Assembly: GCA_002811645.1 (NCBI GenBank)
Contig: PDIP01000078.1
Coordinates: forward strand, 68,559-130,944
Origin: Corallochytrium limacisporum Hawaii
Lineage: Eukaryota; Protista; Pluriformea
Direction: 5' to 3'
Length of the DNA stretch: 62,386 nt
This document shows, in pieces, positions 30,623 to 42,278 of the stretch. Positions within the stretch are counted from its first letter, which is position 1. Each line of letters starts with the position of its first letter. The notes beneath the pieces were generated by a model. That model was not told the origin of the DNA, did not search any database, and saw only the letters and a list, made by a program, of their open reading frames with translations. A program made the position numbers and the translations under genes.

Positions 30623-31825
30623 ATTTGTGTGATCTAGTCTACAAACTTCGCTTTTTCGAGTGTTACCCACTCTTTTCTATAATGGGTTTCATTGGGTGTA
30701 TCTTAATAGGCCAACATGTTTGTTTTTCAAGTACCACGACTGAATTTCCATGCCACTGATCTCCAAACAAACCCGACAGCAGAAAACAAAACCTTGGTGG
30801 CGTCTGAGGCCAAAAACAAAATGGAAGCCAATAACAGGTCTCGCCATTTCCTACTGTGCTCTGTTTTTAACTTTCTTTTCTTTCTTTCTCACATTGGTGC
30901 ACTCCTTTGGCATTTTCGGAAAGAAAAAGGACGTGAACTACACGGCGCACATCATCGCTCGTTTGAGTCGCACACACTGGGACCAACACACACGCACACA
31001 CCAACGGCGCACCGACGACACCACTTGCTTCCGTCGTACTGTGCTGCCGTGCTGCTGCATACGTGCTGTCTCCATATTTTCGCCGTACTTTTAAGCCCAA
31101 TTTTGAGAATTTCGGTAAACACCCCACCACCCCCTTTTTTCCTTGCCCGTTGCCCGTTCGGAAGGAAAGGTCTCCTGCATAAAACGAAACAAAAGAAAGG
31201 ATACCAAGAGATAACGGAAGACACATTCCCCTCTTCCCTCTCCACCCACCTCTCCCCCCCCCTCCCCCCAAAAAAAAAAGGAAAAAAAAGTTTCTGGAAG
31301 CAGGCGAAAGCGAAAGGGTACCGGAGATCTCCAGAATTCACAAGAAAAAGTTTAGCCTCGCCAAACGAAACATTTTTCTTAGGCCAAATCTGTGCGCCCT
31401 GCCTGAGTATTTTTTTTTGCCAGCTTTTCTCCTCTTTGCCGGTCCTTGTTTCCCCCCCCCCCTTTTCTCCCCCGGAACCTCCACCTTCTCTTCCCGTCTT
31501 TTCCTCTCTGTCACTCTCTCCCACTTTTTTTTTTCATTCTCTTTTTCTGATTTAAACCAAACCATTTCTCAAGAGGGTTTCCCCTCCTCCTCCTTGCCCT
31601 CCCTCCCCCCCCCCTCCTAACCCCACTTCTCCCTTTTTTCATCGTTTGTTCCCGTTTTTGATTGACCCATAGCACATTGTTCGTACCAACCACGAGTGGG
31701 CCAATGTCATACTAAAACACGTAGAACGTCTTCCCCTCCCCCCCTTTCCAATCCCACCCCACACCTCGCATCACCTGAGAAACGAGGGTTCAAGGGCACG
31801 AACGGGACCCCCCCCCCGGGGGGCC

Positions 31826-31864
31826 ACACACACACACACACACACTCTCTCTCTCTCTCTCTCT
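31826..31864 (+). repeat. Compound (CA)n(CT)n microsatellite next to a C10G6 tract
   Basis: Seen directly in the sequence. Confidence 0.9.
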
Positions 31865-33643
31865 TCGTTTGTCCCCCCGCGCGCGCGCCTTTCAACAGCC
31901 CACCTTTCATTTCATTTCCCTTCCCGCGGTTCCTCCGACCCCTGCTCCCTTGCTCGGCACTGGCCCTCGGGGTTGTTAAGTTTTATACTTTTTATACCCT
32001 TTCTTCATGGCCTGCTCGGCTTGGACTTGGTAATTTCTTTTTCTTAGTTTCAAAATTACTGAAATTTACGATAAACCCAGGCAGTGGGAGCGACTGGCAC
32101 CGGGAAAAGAGGAGATTCGAAACCCTCTAAAGAAATTGCCATCGACGTCGAGAGAACGTAGAAAGTCTATAGTAGAACGGGTGAAAGCAGATGAGGGGAA
32201 TTCGGTAAATTAAAGAAATCATTAGTAAAAACCCGAAGATATGAATGTATAAGTGGTACGTAATTCGAACTCGTGCAAGTTTTATACTAAACGGCTTAAC
32301 AATTTCATACACTATTTCGTACTGTAGACCACTTAATGTGAACAAGTGCGACTGCCCAAGATGGCGATGAGCGATATCTGTGCAGTGAGAAAAGAAAAGG
32401 GCAATTTTTTTAGGTTTCTTCCTTTCTTACTTTCTTTTTCTTGACAGCAATCGCACCAAACAAGCAAAGCACCCCTTTCTGACTGACACCGATCCTTTCC
32501 TCCCATCATTTCACTCGTCCTTCTCCACCTTTGTCGACTTTGGGCGTTTACTCTACGCCTCACTTCTATCCCACAAAAGCACGCATACCCCCTCCCCCAA
32601 AGCCAATGATAACACCAGCAACTCCAATGTCGTTTTTATCGTCCGATGACTCAATGGTCCTCCCTCTCTCCGTCCCCTTCCCCCCTCTCCTCCGGTGTCG
32701 CATTGATATCATCGCTCTTGCCCCTCACAAAATATTTTTTTTTGTGCGGCCATCTCTCTCTCTCTTTGACATTCTCCTCTCCCTTTTTGCTCGCGGTCTC
32801 CTCCATGTCTCATGAGAGTCCTTTGTTTCCATTTTCTTCAGTTAATCTTCGGAAGAAAGACAAAGGAAAAAATGGAAATAGGGGTCATTTGGGTCTCTTG
32901 GGAGTCTTTGTCGCTCGTCGTTCGCTCTCGCTCGGGTCCAAGAAAATATTTCTTTTTCGGAGAGCTTCGGAAGCATGTTCAAGTTCGCAGAATCGCTAAG
33001 CACTAAGACTTACATTGGGTATACAATTTTGAAAATCTAAATTATGGGACCATCAGCAAGTTTAGGGGATGTTACGTAGGGGTCTCGAGATCCAGTCAGG
33101 GGTGTGATCGACGAGAGTGCCGCAGCCATGGAGACCCTCCCCTCCCGCTTCGCCGCCACCCACTCCTTTTCTCTTTTTCCAAACCGAATTTTAGTTTTGA
33201 GGTAGTCCCCCACACCCCCCATTGTTGTCCGCAGTACTTACCCTTGCAGCCCAAACAACCGAAATCCAAGACAGCGTTTTTCTTCCCCTTCCCCGCAGTC
33301 CTATTTTTTTTTACTCTATAAATTTTCACATTTTAAATGAGTCCTTGTGGCGGGCTCTCCTTTGGTCACTTTCCTTGCGTTCATTACTTACTCCAACTCC
33401 GTCAATTTGGCAACACAAATTGACGTACATTATCTACTAATCACTGGCGATATCACCACAGCTATTGTTCTCTAGGATCCCTCCTTGCGTTATCAAACCA
33501 GGCACACACCTGCACCAACCGCGCGCACGACACGACCCCCACAGCGGCGGGCTGCCCGCGACGCGGGTGAGGGGAAGTGCGCGCGGGGGAAAGAAAAGAG
33601 AAGAAGGGAGGGGGGTTAGTCGCCCAGCAAACCAACCAACCGA

Positions 33644-33671
33644 CCAGCCAGCCAGCCAGCCAGCCAGCCAG
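33644..33671 (+). repeat. (CCAG)7 microsatellite preceded by degenerate CCAA units
   Basis: Seen directly in the sequence. Confidence 0.9.
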
Positions 33672-36600
33672 GTTAGGCGCATTCGGACGACGGACGGGGC
33701 CTGCAGGTAAAAAAAAAGGACGAAGGCTCGGGGTCGAGAAGGGGGGGGACCGAAGCAGTTCCAACGGTTGGTTTTCATTTTTCTATGTTCGTTTCGTGTC
33801 CGTTGTGTGGTGTGTGTGTGTGAGGGATATATTTTTCTTCGTCTCCGATTGTCCGTTGTGTGCGTCTGTGTGTGTGGTGATGCCATAGCGGAGAAAACTC
33901 CGAGGGGCATTTGAGCCCACGGTGATGCAATATTGTTGGGTGATTGAGTACGGGAGAAGGGAATGTAGGTGGGATGTGGATTGGCCCATTCGCGAAAGAG
34001 ATCGCGACTTTGGGAACAGGGGAGCTGCTGCGCTTTCCACCTTCGGTCAACGATGATGCTGCGAGAGGTTAAGAGCCGAGTGGCATCTTTCTTTCATTGT
34101 ATTTATATGGAAACAGGGAGATCTAAGAGAGAACTCGGGAGTGACCGACAAGCCAGGCGTGCGAGTTGCTTGTCGAACTCGGCAAGGGATGTTAGGAAGG
34201 AGACCCGCCCTGCCCCCCGGGTGGGGGGGGGCGGATAGCGCTTGCGCTTCGGTGTGCCGGGTTGGGCACTATAAATGCGTATATTTAATGTGCTGCAAAT
34301 TAGGCTTGGTGGTTGGCCATTTGTGGACAAACAACGAGGGTCTGGTTATCCTTTTTTTTTTGCGACACACGAGGGGAAGGGGCGAGTTCATTGTGTACGA
34401 CGAGGATAAAACACAAAGAAAACTTTCAGAAAAATTGGAAGGGAGAAATTCCCTTGGGTACGTCATTGACGAAAGAGGAGTGTCCTTGGCGCACCTTGCG
34501 GGAGAAGGAAAAGAGAGAGAGAGAGAGAACAGAGAGAGCATCAGCGCGTGGAGCGGCAAAGGCCCCAGGCGCAGAAAAACAAACAAAAGTTTGGGAGCTT
34601 TTTCAAACCCCCGAGAAGTCGGCCCGGAATGCTGCGTTGGTGAGGGAGGGAAAAAATTAGGTAAACGAATCGCTATGAGCTTCCGTCGCCGAATCGTGCT
34701 GCGGAGCATTCATCCACAAACAGACCAACCCCCTCCAAACCCCCCCCCCCCCCCCCAAAGAAAGACGGCAAAAGAACGCCTCTCAACTTTCTGTGACACT
34801 CCGGGTGTTCATACTAAACCAATGGACGAAAAATCTTGACACGTTCGGCTGTGCGGTAAAAGGTTTGACTTTTGTTGCGGTGGATACCCACTCAGAGATC
34901 CGAGAGGTGTGGCAAGCAGGCGATGAAAATGAACTACAAAGATAGTCAATGGCCACTGTGGGTGTGTTGACAGGAGTGGCACAGGGGTGGAGAGCGAGCA
35001 GGCCATACATAGACTGGGGGCTTCTCGCCCAAGAGCCAAATTGGTCCTGAGCCATCCTCGATGGCGTGAGTGGAAGCAGTGTGGTTGTGCAGAGGGGTTG
35101 GTCTTTCAGGGTGTTTGTCATCCACCGCCCTTCTCCCTTTGAGGTATCTTATCACTTTTCATTCGTGTTCCGATTTCATAGTGATACTATGGAGAGTCTG
35201 TGGGCGGGTTTTGCCTTTGTGGAAAAAAGGTTGCCCAACTGTGACAAGATCGGGCCCTCTCCATTTTCGGTGGCTTCTGTATCCTTTGAAATTTCGAGAC
35301 CATTGTTTTTATACCAAGAAATTTCAGTCTTTTACCTGGGTTGTTCTTGCTCTTGCCTTCTTCTCGTCAATGTTCATTGCATTTTTTATCCTTTTCGGTT
35401 GGCACTTTTTCCCCCTTTGATCCGTTTGCTTTTAGCAGTTTCTCCTTTTTTTCTTTTTCTAAAGATTTCTCTTGCGACGTATGAAATTTCCTTTCGTAAG
35501 TGCGTCCGTACTTGGCGGAAGAGCGTGAGAGAAAAATTTCAAATAGCGAGCCTTGTTGATTTGGGCCAGAAGGAACACATTTTCCTTCTCCCTCTTTGGC
35601 CCCCCCCCCCCCAACCTTCCAATCCCCCCTTTTTTCCTTTCACTCAGTGTTACTTCTTTTGCAATCCTTTTACTATTCCAGATGGCGCGCAACCTGACAA
35701 CTTTCGTGCAAAACAGGTGTCAAGGAACAGGAAAATTGGTGTGTTGCAGTGTAAGACATTAATAGACGGTGTCGTGCACCCTTAGTTCCTTCCACCGACA
35801 CCGACACTGTGTTCATCAAATGTCCAGGAAATGAGAATCTAAAATGGCACCCAAAAGAGGAGATATGTAATCGAGAGATGGCGAAACGGAGGAATTTGCA
35901 GGCCCACTCATGCACACCCTGGACGATGTTTCTCCATTGTCACAGCAGAGGTGTGTGTACAGCCTTAGTCTCCCGAGGGGAGATCAGAAACAGAGGTGGA
36001 GAGCAGGTGTGTACTGGTGGGATTTCGGCACCTACATCCAACGGAAAGACAATCAAACATGCCAAACACGCACTGCATGCCGATGCCGCAAGGGTTGGAC
36101 ACCGCAGCATGTATGTATGCATGTGCTTTAGTCGTTCATGTAGTTCGCGTGATCAAATGCGCGATGCACTCTCACATATCTCTGAAAACATTTTGAAGTC
36201 GAAGTGTGTGGTGACGACTGGCAGTCCGTGAAAGGCCCGTGTCATCCTGATCGGTGATGATGACGGTGGAGATTGTGATAGTTGTGTGTACAATACGGAG
36301 TATTTTGCATGCCAGTGCATGCCGCGTTAGCAATGTCCGTGATCCTCGGGTCTGATAAGCATGGCACATATCCGATCTATCACCAGCACCACACAAATGC
36401 GCAGTCTGTTTTCTGTGAGGTCAAGGTACGGTGACGTCTTTTCAGTGACGCTGTGTATTTTTACGCGCGATCTGGTTGAAGATCCAGTTCGGTGTTCCGT
36501 TAACGGTGGTATCGTTTTGTCCCTTGATTTTTGTCATCAACGGGCAAAAACTTTTTGCGGTTATAGTGAGTGATCTAGCAGCCCTTCTGCTTTCGGTGCG

Positions 36601-37291
36601 CCTGCCGCAGCCCTGTTTAGGGAAAGAATGAATTTGTAGAAGGTGCTGCACCAGGCACTGCGCGTATTTCCTGCCCTTCTGGGCCTTTGTGGTATATTCG
36701 GTACCGAACCGAGGCAAGACGTTTCCGTTGGTCACCAGCCCCCTAACGAAAGGCGTAGATTTTGATCATTTCGCGAGTTCAGGGCCGAAGTGGTCGGTCC
36801 CATGGATAAAGGAAGCTGGCGGCCAATATGATCTGCCCTCGCTACTAACGGAGTTGTCATCATTGCAGACTGATTGCAAATGCAACCGTGTAGTGCCATC
36901 CTTGTTAACCATGCTGGAGGGCTACTTGGTGGGATTGCGCCGGACTAGTATGGCCACTGGACCGCTCAGTGTTATGTACTAGGACATGCAGATTTGACAC
37001 CACCAGCCGACCCGTCTGCCGTAGGGCCGGCCATTCTTGGTTTGGTCTTCAGAAAGAAAGCCCCGGGCCTTGGGGATAATTTCGAGTCCATAAAAAATAA
37101 TCAATAAAACCTGCGCTATGGTGGTCCCCTCTGCGATAAAATTAATATACTGGTTAGCTTAAAATCCGACCGCTCACGTGCCGCCTGAACCGTTCGCTCA
37201 CATACGAAAGTGACTCCACGGATGCCAAGCCAACACCGCCCCGCTTCTTCACAGTAGCTTGGTTGGTCTGTGGCTGGCTCCTCGGACAACA

Positions 37292-37357
37292 CCCGTTAGC
37301 TGAGACCAGTGGGGCTCCACAGAGCCCGTTAGCTGAGACCAGGGGGGCTCCACAGAG
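37292..37357 (+). repeat. 33 bp direct tandem duplication (2 copies, 1 mismatch)
   Basis: CCCGTTAGCTGAGACCAG(T/G)GGGGCTCCACAGAG x2, followed by a poly-C tract. Confidence 0.92.
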
Positions 37358-37852
37358 CCGCCCCCCCCCCCAAACTCCTCCGCCACCTGAGGCCCCCGCC
37401 GCAAGGGAGGGGTCCGATTTGTAATTCCAACCTTGCAGGCGGAAAGGAATTGAGCGTTCACTTTTCCCGGCTCCGATATTCGTCCAGGACAAAAATAAGC
37501 GGCAAGCAACACGGCAGTTTTCAAGGGGATCAATCCGCCCAACAAAGCGGCCGATCTGAAACTCCCGGTCATGCTCAACTTGCTTCCAGCCACGTGAATG
37601 AGACAGACAACAATGTCGGATGTCGATAACTAAGACGACGGGACCATATTGCTTTCTGCATGAGACGGAATCTGCAACTGCGATCGCATTTAATGTTAAG
37701 AAGAAGGATGCTCAACATGGCGTTGTATTAGGTGTTTGACAGCTAAACAGCGGAGGTCAGACGAACGTTGGAGAGCTTAGCGGACCTTTCGGGGTTCGTT
37801 GTATATCATTTCCTTAGGGCGCCTTCAAACTCTCTCTCTCTCCCCCTCCACA

Positions 37853-39430
37853 CTATGTCGCGCTCTGTTCCGGCTGATGGCCCACCACATTGCCATCTGA
37901 GTCCGAGGATTGACTGCGCGAACAATTACAGTCTTCAATGTTGATCTCTTTCGTGTGGCTACTGGACGAGTCATGCTCATCGGCCCGATTAGGGGGTTCA
38001 CTAGAGAGAGAGTTTGCATCTTCTCTCCTTATCGTGTTAGCAGGCCCGCCGGGTGAAGCAGAAGGGGCGGATTTCGGACCTGGCGATACCGGATGATTCG
38101 GGTTGAATGGCGTCATCGTTGATGTACCTGCACTGTCGTTGTTCTCCTCTTGCTGGTTTGGGTGTGCAGGGGCATCATGGTTGGCATCGCTTCTCTCTTG
38201 AGAGTCACGGGGGACAATGGCAGGGAACAAAGTCTTCTTGTGCAAACCCCAATTACTGTCCAGATAGTGCTGCAGGGACATGAAGTCCAATTTCGAATCA
38301 ATATCGTGCTTCACGAATCCTGTACCATCCTTTTCCGGGGTCAGGAAGGCGAACTCGCAAAGCTGATCCGCAAACAGTAACTTCTGATGTGTGTAGATAT
38401 AAGCCATGATGGCAATAATCTCAATGCGCTTCGGTTTCCACAGCTCGATTACGTTTTTCTTGTCGTCACTGATGGTCATGGTCATTCTGCCCCATCCGTA
38501 GAGTGTTGATCGCGTTTCCTTGGCCTGCCGTAGTCTCAAGCGGAACAGACATGCATGCAGACGATCTCTGAAGTGTGGGATGTCATCAACGTTCGAGTAG
38601 TATTGCCGACCACGGTACCTGGATGGATCCATGGCTATTGGCATAACGGCGGGTTTGACCAGGTAGCCCGCCGGCACGCTGGGCAGTGACTGTGGTGGAT
38701 CCGCAGGGCGAACTGATGCGATAGGAATTTGCTCAGGCATTTCAGGCATTTCTTGGTGTATTGGCTGTGCTCCATTCGGCAGCACTTGGCCCATTGCAAC
38801 TATTTGCTGCTGCGCGGGATACACCGGGCCACTAACCACCTGCACTGGTACCAACATCATTGTCGTTAGCAGAGCCCCTTGAGGGGGTTGCTTTTGGATT
38901 CCGACCCCGGGAGCAGTTGTTGTTGATTGGCTGTGCAATGCTATCTCCGCGGGCTGATGCGCTGCCACCTCCAGTGGTTGCTGTGGGTTCTGCGGTTGGT
39001 ACGGAGGAGCGGATTGCAACAGTTACTGCGGCTGGTACGGGAAGTATTGCAACAGTTGCTGCGGGTGGTACGGAGGACATTGCAACAGTTGCTGCGGGTG
39101 GTACGGAGAACATTGCAACAGTTGCTGCGGGTGGTACGGAGAACATTGCAACAGTTGCTGCGGCTGGTATGCAGGATTTTGCTGTGGTTCGCCTAGTTGA
39201 GAATGTAAACTGAGGTTCACATTGTGGCCAGTATTGGCCTGCTGGACATTCTGACAGAGTTCCTGTCTGCCCAGCGCGCTGGGTTGAAAATGTTGTTGAG
39301 AGTCTCCCGGTGCTGAAGCATTGGCTGGCGCTTGTTGTTCAGCACGGTGCCAATGGCTCGGAAAAGGGGAGGTTGGGTGAGGAGAGGTTGAATAGGAGGT
39401 TGCAGGAGGGTGTGGACGATACGATTGCAT
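37853..39430 (-). pseudogene. Q/P-rich protein of unknown function interrupted by a single in-frame TAA (pseudogene, null allele or base-call error)
   Basis: ORFs 39023-39430 and 37853-39019 share one frame and are separated only by TAA at 39025-39023, where the sister repeats have CAA. A globular-looking ~130 aa segment lies at about 38230-38620. Confidence 0.65.
39013..39170 (+). repeat. 33 bp coding minisatellite, about 5 copies (encodes HPQQLLQCSPY on the minus strand)
   Basis: Units start at 39013, 39046, 39079, 39112 and 39145. Confidence 0.95.
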
Positions 39431-40847
39431 GACGGCCGTCCGAAAGCAGAGGGTATCGAATTGATCCTACCATAAACATGAATAGCTCGCACGGAGTCTT
39501 CCTAAGAAGCAACGTATGGCGAGTGTTCGCACCTATTGTGCCAGAGGGTTTTTTTTTCGATTCAGATTAACAAGTAAAATGGCGAAAATGGGAGCTGGAT
39601 TCCTGATGTTCTTGTCATTAGTACCATGTTCTGATGACAGCAAAGACCTGTGTAGATCTTAAATTTTTCAATTGCACCTTCTCGACATAAACTGCTGCTG
39701 TCACCCCATATTCCGCACTGACTTCTGGTTCGGAATAAAACACGTCCACACGTCCACTTCGGGTGCCACAGCTCGGTGTGCGGGGAGCCAGGGTATTGAG
39801 CTGCAGCGAGGGTTTATCTTATCCCTACAGTTTAAGGTTAGTACGCAACCTGTCAAAACGAGACTTCCAAAAGAACGCAACCTTGTCAAAAGTGTCACGG
39901 ACAGGGCGAAGCCCCCAAGAAATTCCGGGCGAGATCTCTCCGCGCGCGCCCGAGAAAGGAAGAAAGAAAAAAAGAGGAAAAAAAAAGACAAGGGAACGCA
40001 TTGCGATGGCGTAGTAGAAAACTTTCGGAACGTTCTTCGCAGACGAAACCACTCGCAATACTAAACTAATGGAGACTATGGACCACCCTCTCTCGGCCCT
40101 CCCCCCTGGGGGGGGGGGCTGTGTCCAGCCGGACAAGGTGGGGATGCCTTCCCGTTCGCATGATCTTGTGTTTGATCGAAATGAAGCGAACAAATTGTGA
40201 TGGGCGATATGCAGGTCCCCCCAGGCCTCTTCCGGGGGCCCCATGATCTATGTAGCACTTTTCTCCAGTGACCCACGTACCCACGTAAGTTATTGTGGCT
40301 TTTATCGTGAAGTGGAAAAGTGCAGACCACTGACTCCTTGCGTTGGCCAACACACATTGGAAACATTGAGGGGTCCGGATGGATTGCTGTGAGTGTGCAA
40401 AAATGCCCAGAATCGATTACGACGACCGCTTCCCCGCATCTGTGTGATCATTTACACACAGTCAGATCGACCGCATTCCCGTTACCGCCCTACATGTCCA
40501 CATAGAAGGCGAAGCTGTGTAACTCCGGCTCCCCCCCCCCCTTTTTTTTTCCTTTCTCCTGCAAGATCAAAAGTAAAAAGTTGGTTGAAAACACTCAGAA
40601 CACATAGTTCGAGGCCCAGCGACTGCACGCACCTACCGCAGGGTCGCACTCAGACCGTCGGACGAACCGAACGCTCTGCGGAGCGACGTCCTCAGCGGCG
40701 AAATTATGCGTTAGTGACCGCTCCTACTGAAGCCGCTGGAGAGAATAAACAAAACGAACTTTGACAAGTAAAGGCGGGGAGCCTAACGCCGCCGCCCCCC
40801 GCCCGGGGGGGGGGGGGCGGGAGGGTTGGGTTCTTTGAGGTGACTCT

Positions 40848-41005
40848 NNNNNNNNNNNNNNNNNNNNNNNNNNNNNNNNNNNNNNNNNNNNNNNNNNNNN
40901 NNNNNNNNNNNNNNNNNNNNNNNNNNNNNNNNNNNNNNNNNNNNNNNNNNNNNNNNNNNNNNNNNNNNNNNNNNNNNNNNNNNNNNNNNNNNNNNNNNNN
41001 NNNNN
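40848..41005. other. Assembly gap flanked by the same ~78 bp sequence on both sides
   Basis: 40770-40847 is nearly identical to 41010-41086. Confidence 0.97.
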
Positions 41006-41219
41006 AAGGAAAGGCGGGGAGCCTAACGCCGCCGCCCCCCGCGGGGGGGGGGGGGGCGGGAGGGTTGGGTTATTTGAGGTGACTCTGACGGGAGAATTAC
41101 ATATACTGAGTTTTGAACGGGAAAGGGGAGGGGAAAGTAGGGGACTTGATGAGCTCGAAGCCGTACATCGTCACCTTCCACCGGCCGAACAGACTAGAGC
41201 CCTGAGTCGTCTGGATGAG

Positions 41220-41614
41220 ATGCACAGCCAGCATGCTGACATCTTGAACGATGAAAAGCACATAAAGCAGACTGATGTTGACTTTATGCAGATCAGTGGT
41301 AACTATTCGGCAACTAACAAGAGGTTGACATATTGCTGTAAAACACAGCCAAGGACCGTCTCCCCAATCAGGCTGAAGGCAGTGAGACTCTGCTCGCCGA
41401 GCGGCACCACATCAACTACGTTTTCAGCGTCATTAAGAGCAAAATTCGGGAACTGGATACACTGCATGGCGTGACCGACCTTCCGACAGTGTACAATGTC
41501 CATGAATTGAGCCGCAAGTGGGTCAGTGCTGTCGTTGCCGCTGTAGAGCAAATGGGCAAAGTGAAGGCCCAAGTCACGGCCAGGTCGACATCTACCAAAC
41601 CAGCGATGTCATGA
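41220..41614 (+). CDS. Possible small spliced gene (exons 41220-41298 and 41349-41614, 114 aa) or degraded gene
   Basis: A 50 nt GTAACT...CTAAC...CACAG candidate intron joins two protein-like frames in phase. No homolog recognised with confidence. Confidence 0.3.
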
Positions 41615-42278
41615 TTAGGAACCACTCTGAGATCGATATCGACCCCAAGGCTGGAGACCAGGACCAAAATACGAAGAAGAGAATGTGGATGTGGTTCATC
41701 ATGTTCATCATCCTCATCATCCTTGTTGTAATGATGTACCTTGCTATAGTTTCGAAGAAAATAGAACAGCCAACAAAATCCAGGCTGCAATGGATTGAAG
41801 GCAATAGAACATAACATCGTCAGGGGTCCCGTGTTCGATAGAAGCTCCTCGACCATTTGGAATCGTGTGACTGTCACTTTCTCCGCTGCTTTAACGGTGT
41901 GCCATTCCTTCCTTCCCGTTTCCAAGCCCACCAACACGGGAAAGCCGCTCCCCCCGGGGGGGAGGGGCCACTCGGTCTTTGCGAATCTGAATCCTTCGCG
42001 CCCATTTGCAACTAGAAGGAAAGTGAACCGAAGAAGAAAGGTGGGGGACCGGGGAATTGGGAGGCAACGGGAGCTCTGCGCATGCCTGGGACGCCGACAG
42101 TGCAGTATGCTTGGAAGTTTTGCTTGGGTGTGAAGTGAGATCTGACCGTATTTCAGGCTGGTGACAGATTCAACTCAAAGTAGAAGGTGATCAAAGTGGA
42201 AGGTGAGTTGGTTATGAATAGGTTTCCCGAAAGCTATCTGCCACTGTATGGAGTGAGGAGATAAAGGACGTACCCGTC

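Noticed and set aside
30716-35785. ORFs of 140-280 aa rich in F/P/L/K/G
   Set aside because: Translations of homopolymer and microsatellite DNA with no protein-like composition.
37292-39170. 33 bp repeats as possible CRISPR-like arrays
   Set aside because: The units are directly tandem with no unique spacers, the context is eukaryotic and there are no cas genes.
40770-41086. ~78 bp direct repeat flanking the N-gap (possible LTR or target-site duplication)
   Set aside because: The copies differ mainly within and next to the C/G homopolymer hairpin and abut the gap. This is best explained as one locus left unmerged by the assembler.
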